Shown here: piece by piece, positions 25,691 to 29,750 of the stretch
How the letters are laid out: every line of letters begins with the position of its first letter
Numbering within the stretch: the stretch's first letter is position 1
DNA from: Acutalibacteraceae bacterium
GTDB lineage: Bacteria > Bacillota > Clostridia > Oscillospirales > Acutalibacteraceae
Reading direction: 5' to 3'
DNA length: 29,750 nucleotides
NCBI GenBank assembly: GCA_045642645.1
Contig: JAZUJG010000094.1
Coordinates: forward strand, 1 to 29,750
Notes under the pieces: generated by a model
What the model saw: the letters and a program-made list of their open reading frames with translations, nothing else
Databases searched by the model: none
What the model was told of the DNA's origin: nothing
Translations under genes and position numbers: made by a program

Positions 25691-26821
25691 ATGTATAAAT
25701 TACTTAAAACCGAGGGAACTGCCCGCCGCGGTGAATTTGAAACCGTACACGGCACTTTTCAGACTCCCGCTTTTCAGAATGTTGCCACTTGCGGTGCTAT
25801 AAAAGGTGCTCTTTCAGCCTATGATTTGAAGGATGTTGATTGCCAGGTACAGCTTTGCAACACATATCACCTCCACGTAAGACCCGGTGACGAGCTTATT
25901 AAGGAATTGGGCGGCTTGCATAAATTCACGGGGTGGGATGGTCCCATACTTACCGACAGCGGCGGTTTTCAGGTTTTTTCTCTCGCGGGACTCCGTAAAA
26001 TCAAAGAAGAAGGCGTTACTTTCAATTCACACATTGACGGCAAAAAGATTTTTATGGGTCCCGAGGAAAGTATGAGAATACAGTCAAATCTCGGCTCAAC
26101 TATCGCTATGGCGTTTGATGAATGTGTTAAAAATCCCGCTGAATACGATTACGCCAAAGCATCGGTCGAAAGAACTACGCGTTGGCTTATTCGCTGCAAA
26201 AACGAAATGGAAAGGCTGAATTCTCTGCCTGGTACTCTTAATAAAAATCAGCTCTTGTTCGGCATAAACCAAGGCGCAACTTATGATGATTTGCGCATAG
26301 AGCATATGAAAACAATCGCTGAACTTGACCTTGACGGCTACGCAATAGGCGGACTTGCAGTTGGGGAGCCGAAAGAAGATATGTACCGCATAATTTCCGC
26401 TGTTGAGCCCTATGCGCCAAAGGATAAAATCCGTTACCTCATGGGCGTGGGTACTCCCGGTAATATTCTTGAAGGTGTGAGCCGCGGCGTTGACCTGTTT
26501 GACTGTGTTATGCCGAGCCGCAACGCAAGGCACGGGCATCTGTTCACCTGGAACGGAATAATCAATATGAATAACGCTAAATATGAACGCGACGAATTGC
26601 CGATTGACCCTTTATGTAACTGCCCGACCTGTCAAAGACATTCTCGTGCATACATACACCATCTTTTCAAAGCGAAAGAAATGCTCGCAATGAGACTCTG
26701 TGTTACGCACAACCTCTATTTCTACAATAATCTGATGACTCGAATCCGTACCGAACTTGATAACGGAACATTCAGCGAATTTAAAAATAAATATACAGAT
26801 TTGCTTGATACGAGGATATGA
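25691..26821 (+). CDS. tgt: tRNA-guanine(34) transglycosylase
   Basis: 376 aa from the ATG at 25691 (the in-frame GTG at 25682 overlaps the RBS); NTYHL, TDSGGFQVFSL, MAFDEC, GLAVGE, YLMGVG, FDCV, CNCPTC zinc motif. Confidence 0.97.
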   Translation: MYKLLKTEGTARRGEFETVHGTFQTPAFQNVATCGAIKGALSAYDLKDVDCQVQLCNTYHLHVRPGDELIKELGGLHKFTGWDGPILTDSGGFQVFSLAGLRKIKEEGVTFNSHIDGKKIFMGPEESMRIQSNLGSTIAMAFDECVKNPAEYDYAKASVERTTRWLIRCKNEMERLNSLPGTLNKNQLLFGINQGATYDDLRIEHMKTIAELDLDGYAIGGLAVGEPKEDMYRIISAVEPYAPKDKIRYLMGVGTPGNILEGVSRGVDLFDCVMPSRNARHGHLFTWNGIINMNNAKYERDELPIDPLCNCPTCQRHSRAYIHHLFKAKEMLAMRLCVTHNLYFYNNLMTRIRTELDNGTFSEFKNKYTDLLDTRI

Positions 26822-26845
26822 ATTTTAAAATTTATAAAAAAACAC

Positions 26846-26874
26846 TTGTATAATTTATAAGTTACAGTTATAAT
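26846..26874 (+). promoter_or_regulatory. sigmaA promoter of yajC
   Basis: TTGTAT (26846-26851), 17 nt, TATAAT (26869-26874); GGAGG RBS. Confidence 0.7.
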
Positions 26875-26906
26875 ACATTATACGATTTTTTTGGAGGATT
26901 ATATTT

Positions 26907-27446
26907 ATGTTTAATTTTGTGAATTTCATTCAGCTTACAAGCAACGGCACTGCCGGTGCTAAGCAGAACCCCGCATCTTCACTCATTCTTATGGCAGTTC
27001 TTTTTGCGGCTATGTATTTTCTTATGATCCGTCCGCAGAAGAAGAAACAAAAAGAAGAACAGAATATGCGCGACAGCATCCAGATAGGCGACGAAATCAC
27101 CACCATCGGCGGTATAATCGGCAGAGTTGTTACCGTTAAGGAGGACAGCATTGTTGTCGAAACCGGCGCCGACAGAGTTAAACTCAAAATGCAGAGATGG
27201 GCTATTCAGACCAACGAGACCGCCAATGCAAGATTGGAAGCCGAAAAGAAAGCTGCAGAAGATGCAAAGAAAGCAAAAGACGAACAGGCTGCTATTGACG
27301 AAGCTGTAAACGGCAGGCACGGCAAGCGCAAAGAAAAAGTCAAAAACAAAGGTACTGTTGAAGAATTCAAAGCACAGGAAGATACTGCGATAGCAGAAGC
27401 TGCAGAAACAGCTGAAGAAGCTCCCGCGGAAAATACCGAAGAATAA
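26907..27446 (+). CDS. yajC: preprotein translocase subunit YajC with a long charged C-terminal tail
   Basis: 179 aa; MYFLMIRPQKKKQKE, IGDEITTIGGIIG; follows queA-tgt. Confidence 0.93.
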   Translation: MFNFVNFIQLTSNGTAGAKQNPASSLILMAVLFAAMYFLMIRPQKKKQKEEQNMRDSIQIGDEITTIGGIIGRVVTVKEDSIVVETGADRVKLKMQRWAIQTNETANARLEAEKKAAEDAKKAKDEQAAIDEAVNGRHGKRKEKVKNKGTVEEFKAQEDTAIAEAAETAEEAPAENTEE

Positions 27447-27447
27447 T

Positions 27448-27476
27448 TCATAAATCAAACAAGCTCCGCATACCAT
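27448..27476 (+). promoter_or_regulatory. putative sigmaE promoter for the TIGR04086-type gene and spoIIM
   Basis: TCATAAA (27448-27454), 14 nt, CATACCAT (27469-27476) versus the B. subtilis sigmaE consensus (G/T)(A/C)ATA(A/T)(A/T)-14-CATACA(A/C)T. Confidence 0.65.
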
Positions 27477-27503
27477 TTACCAAATGGCGTGCGGAGGTTT
27501 TTT
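27464..27503 (+). terminator. intrinsic terminator after yajC, overlapping the downstream RBS
   Basis: CTCCGCATACCATTT-acc-AAATGGCGTGCGGAG (one mismatch, one G:U) followed by gTTTTTT; GGAGG 27493-27497 lies in the 3' arm. Confidence 0.8.
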
Positions 27504-27908
27504 ATGCTTAAATTAAAATCTAAAAACAAAAAAAGAATAAACGGAAATTATAAAAATGTCTTACTATACCTGATGCCCGTTTTATTGGGCTCAGTTACTT
27601 TTTCAATTCTTTTCTGCTTATTATGTCTATACACATATTCAACCGGAGTAATCAATATATTCACAGTAATAATAGGGTGGATTTCTTTTGCCGCAGGTGC
27701 ATTTTCAGCAGGTTTACTCGCACATAAAAACCTCGGCGGCAGGGGATTTGCCACGGGTGCAATTTACGGCATTTTATATTGTGCAACGGCACTGGCGATG
27801 GTTTTGGCATTATCTGAAAGTGAATCACCGGGTATATTTTTAGGCATACCCGTTTCGATACTGTTTTCAATGATGGGCGGCATAACCGACTCTGTTAACA
27901 AACACTAA
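27504..27908 (+). CDS. TIGR04086/DUF3792 family membrane protein (YrzE-like)
   Basis: 134 aa from the ATG at 27504; 4 TM; AF.AG......GGRGFATGAIYG..Y, SMMGG; position after tgt-yajC. Confidence 0.7.
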   Translation: MLKLKSKNKKRINGNYKNVLLYLMPVLLGSVTFSILFCLLCLYTYSTGVINIFTVIIGWISFAAGAFSAGLLAHKNLGGRGFATGAIYGILYCATALAMVLALSESESPGIFLGIPVSILFSMMGGITDSVNKH

Positions 27909-27925
27909 TCGACGTGAGGATTATA

Positions 27926-28552
27926 ATGAAAAAACCGATGATTATAAAAAGAAAAGGAATTATAAACACCGGCAGGAATTATGCTTATATTGTGTTTTCC
28001 GCTTTATTTACGGCGGGTGTTATCATTGGCTGCTCAACTGTTAAAAGAGCTGATTCGGACGTTATAAAAGCATTAAGTGAATTGTTGGGAACACTTGTAC
28101 AGGCTGATATAAAAAACAGTTTCATTAAATGTTTACTGTCATCGCTGACAGCAGCATCGCTGTTCCCATTAATTGCAATGCTCGCGGGTTTCAGCGCAAT
28201 CGGTGCACCGGTCGCAGCTTTAATACCGTTTGCTCTCGGCGGAGTGTGCGGAATAACCGCTTCTGCTTATTACTGCTCTTACGGTATAAAGGGTATCGGC
28301 TTTTGCACACTTGTAATTTTCCCGTTTCTTGCAATAGTGACCGCTACGGTTATAAAATGCTGTAACGAAAGCATTATAATGTCAACGGAGCTTTTCGGTT
28401 TTTTGACCTTTAATAGTAAAACAAAAAGCAAGAAACCTGAGCTGAAAGAGTTTTGCGCTAAATACGCGGTTTTGTGCATACCGCTTATAATAGCTGCACT
28501 TTTCAGAGCCGTAGGCATCCTGCTTTTTACAGAAATGTTTGATTTTATTTAG
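27926..28552 (+). CDS. spoIIM: stage II sporulation protein M-like membrane protein
   Basis: 208 aa from the ATG at 27926 (GAGGA RBS); hydrophobic; GFSAIGAP, YGIKGI, basic loop then Y..L; adjacent to a Xer recombinase, similar to the B. subtilis spoIIM-fur-ripX neighbourhood. Confidence 0.65.
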   Translation: MKKPMIIKRKGIINTGRNYAYIVFSALFTAGVIIGCSTVKRADSDVIKALSELLGTLVQADIKNSFIKCLLSSLTAASLFPLIAMLAGFSAIGAPVAALIPFALGGVCGITASAYYCSYGIKGIGFCTLVIFPFLAIVTATVIKCCNESIIMSTELFGFLTFNSKTKSKKPELKEFCAKYAVLCIPLIIAALFRAVGILLFTEMFDFI

Positions 28553-29591
28553 AAGAACCCATATCGGAATTATCTTCATTTACTTGTTCGTCAAAATGAA
28601 TATCAGGTCTTTTGGGTGCCTTGATTCCGCTCAAAGGATTGGCTGCAGCGGCATTTTTAAGCTGCTCGTCCAAAACATGAGTATAAATTTGAGTTGTGCT
28701 CAAGCTTTCGTGACCCAGTATTTCCTTAATAGCAAGAACATCAACATCTCCGTACTGGTACATAAGTGTTGCCGCAGTATGTCTTAATTTATGAGTAGAT
28801 AAATCGCGTTCTGCAAGCCCTGCTTTGGATAAAGTGTGCTTAACTATATGCTGAACTGTTTTAGAGCTGAGCCGTTCGCGTTGGCGACTGATAAAAAGGG
28901 CATTTTTATCTTTGGCGGCAACACCCTCAACAGAGCGATAGGGAAGATAGGCATTTATAGCATCAATGCACGCGTCATTAAGATAAATTGTTCGCTCTTT
29001 GTTGCCTTTACCGGTTACAACGAGTGTGTTGTTTGTGCGTATATCGGAAACATCGAGCGACACAAGTTCCGACAAACGCAGACCGCAATTAAGAAAAAGG
29101 GTAATGATACAGTAATCGCGTTCCTTGTATTTGCCGTCGACAGAACTCAATAATTTTTTACTTTCCTCAAGTGTCAAATATTTCGGCAATGTCTTCTTCA
29201 ATTTAGGGGAATCAAGCTCCTGAATCGGATTCTCTTTTAAAAGTCTGCGCTGAATAGTAAGATACTTAAAAAAAGCTTTAAGGCTTGAAACCTTGCGTGC
29301 ACGTGTACGCTCATTATTATTGCGTTCGGTTTTACAGTAAACAAGATATTTATAAGCATCATTCAAAGTAACCGATGAAATCATTTCAAGATCAATATCT
29401 TTAATTTTAATATCATCAAAATCAACGCCGTCATCAACAAGACGGCGTTCGATTTTCAAAAACTTGAAAAAAGTAGATAAATCGTTCGCATATTCGCAAA
29501 CGGTCAGCTCCGAACGGTTTTTAATTACACTGCAATAATTAAGAAACTCAAAGGCAAGCGGAGGGAGTAAGTCGAAATCTTCACGCCTCAA
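28545..29591 (-). CDS. xerC: tyrosine recombinase, XerC/XerD-like (chromosomal type)
   Basis: 348 aa, TTG start; TRARKVSSLKAFFKYL; full catalytic set GLRLSEL (R), GKGNKER (K), HKLRH (HxxR), LGH...TTQIY (H, Y). Confidence 0.9.
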   Translation of the reverse strand: MRREDFDLLPPLAFEFLNYCSVIKNRSELTVCEYANDLSTFFKFLKIERRLVDDGVDFDDIKIKDIDLEMISSVTLNDAYKYLVYCKTERNNNERTRARKVSSLKAFFKYLTIQRRLLKENPIQELDSPKLKKTLPKYLTLEESKKLLSSVDGKYKERDYCIITLFLNCGLRLSELVSLDVSDIRTNNTLVVTGKGNKERTIYLNDACIDAINAYLPYRSVEGVAAKDKNALFISRQRERLSSKTVQHIVKHTLSKAGLAERDLSTHKLRHTAATLMYQYGDVDVLAIKEILGHESLSTTQIYTHVLDEQLKNAAAANPLSGIKAPKRPDIHFDEQVNEDNSDMGSSK

Positions 29592-29660
29592 GACATAAAA
29601 CCACCTTATAAAGAACAGTAAAAAAATACATCGAGTTAGACAAAATTAGGGATTTGAACC

Positions 29661-29689
29661 ATTGTAACATTTAATCAGCTTATTTGCAA
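29661..29689 (-). promoter_or_regulatory. sigmaA promoter (extended -10) of the Xer recombinase
   Basis: minus strand TTGCAA (29689-29684), 17 nt, TGt-TACAAT (29666-29661). Confidence 0.7.
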
Positions 29690-29750
29690 GAGGTAAGACA
29701 ATAATTCAAAAAGACGTTTCTGCAAATCATCATAAAAAAATAGCTTAATT

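Noticed and set aside
24650-26821. queA-tgt without preQ1 biosynthesis or transporter genes
   Set aside because: This is an ordinary arrangement; the TGT has classical bacterial motifs (FDEC, GLAVGE), and salvage or synthesis genes are often elsewhere.
28545-29591. Tyrosine recombinase as the integrase of a mobile element
   Set aside because: No tRNA, att-like direct repeats, excisionase or cargo genes are visible, and it has a housekeeping neighbourhood. Only 159 bp upstream are visible, so the far side is untested.
29656-29667. SOS (LexA) box-like GAAC-catt-GTAA overlapping the xerC -10
   Set aside because: Only one half-site matches GAAC-N4-GTTC, which is too weak without comparative support.
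1-29750. CRISPR arrays, tRNA/rRNA genes, IS elements, prophage, skin element
   Set aside because: No periodic repeats, cloverleaf motifs, transposase or phage genes were seen; intergenic regions are short and explained by promoters and terminators.

Overview
A core-chromosome segment of a low-GC, spore-forming Firmicute. The gene set suggests Clostridia (Oscillospiraceae/Ruminococcaceae-like), which is an inference. About 28 densely packed CDSs are present: gdhA; a 1089-aa c-di-GMP-type multidomain protein (pseudo-receiver, HD-GYP, degenerate GGDEF, degenerate EAL, PAS); intact sigK; a priming glycosyl-phosphotransferase plus a TarI/IspD-type cytidylyltransferase; a BofC C-terminal-domain protein; a class A PBP; ruvX; a divergent hisB-like gene with a ThrE exporter pair; a tyrS-HD-CmpB-like-ADH operon; a DUF2975-HTH-DUF4153 operon; an FMN riboswitch with ribU; an ACP-like gene plus proS; asd-dapA; queA-tgt-yajC; a TIGR04086-type gene plus spoIIM; and a XerC-like recombinase. 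I saw no rRNA, tRNA, CRISPR array, IS element or prophage. Best leads: (1) two apparent pseudo-enzymes in operons with their own promoters, a HisB-fold protein missing metal ligands ahead of a ThrE exporter and an ACP with Arg at the phosphopantetheine Ser ahead of proS; (2) a sigmaE-like promoter nested inside the yajC terminator hairpin that also sequesters the downstream RBS; (3) all three sporulation-gene junctions are overlapping convergent pairs without terminators, whereas purely vegetative convergent pairs have strong terminators; (4) face-to-face asd/queA promoters; (5) an exact strand-swap FMN antiterminator. All family calls come from motif recognition by eye, not database searches.
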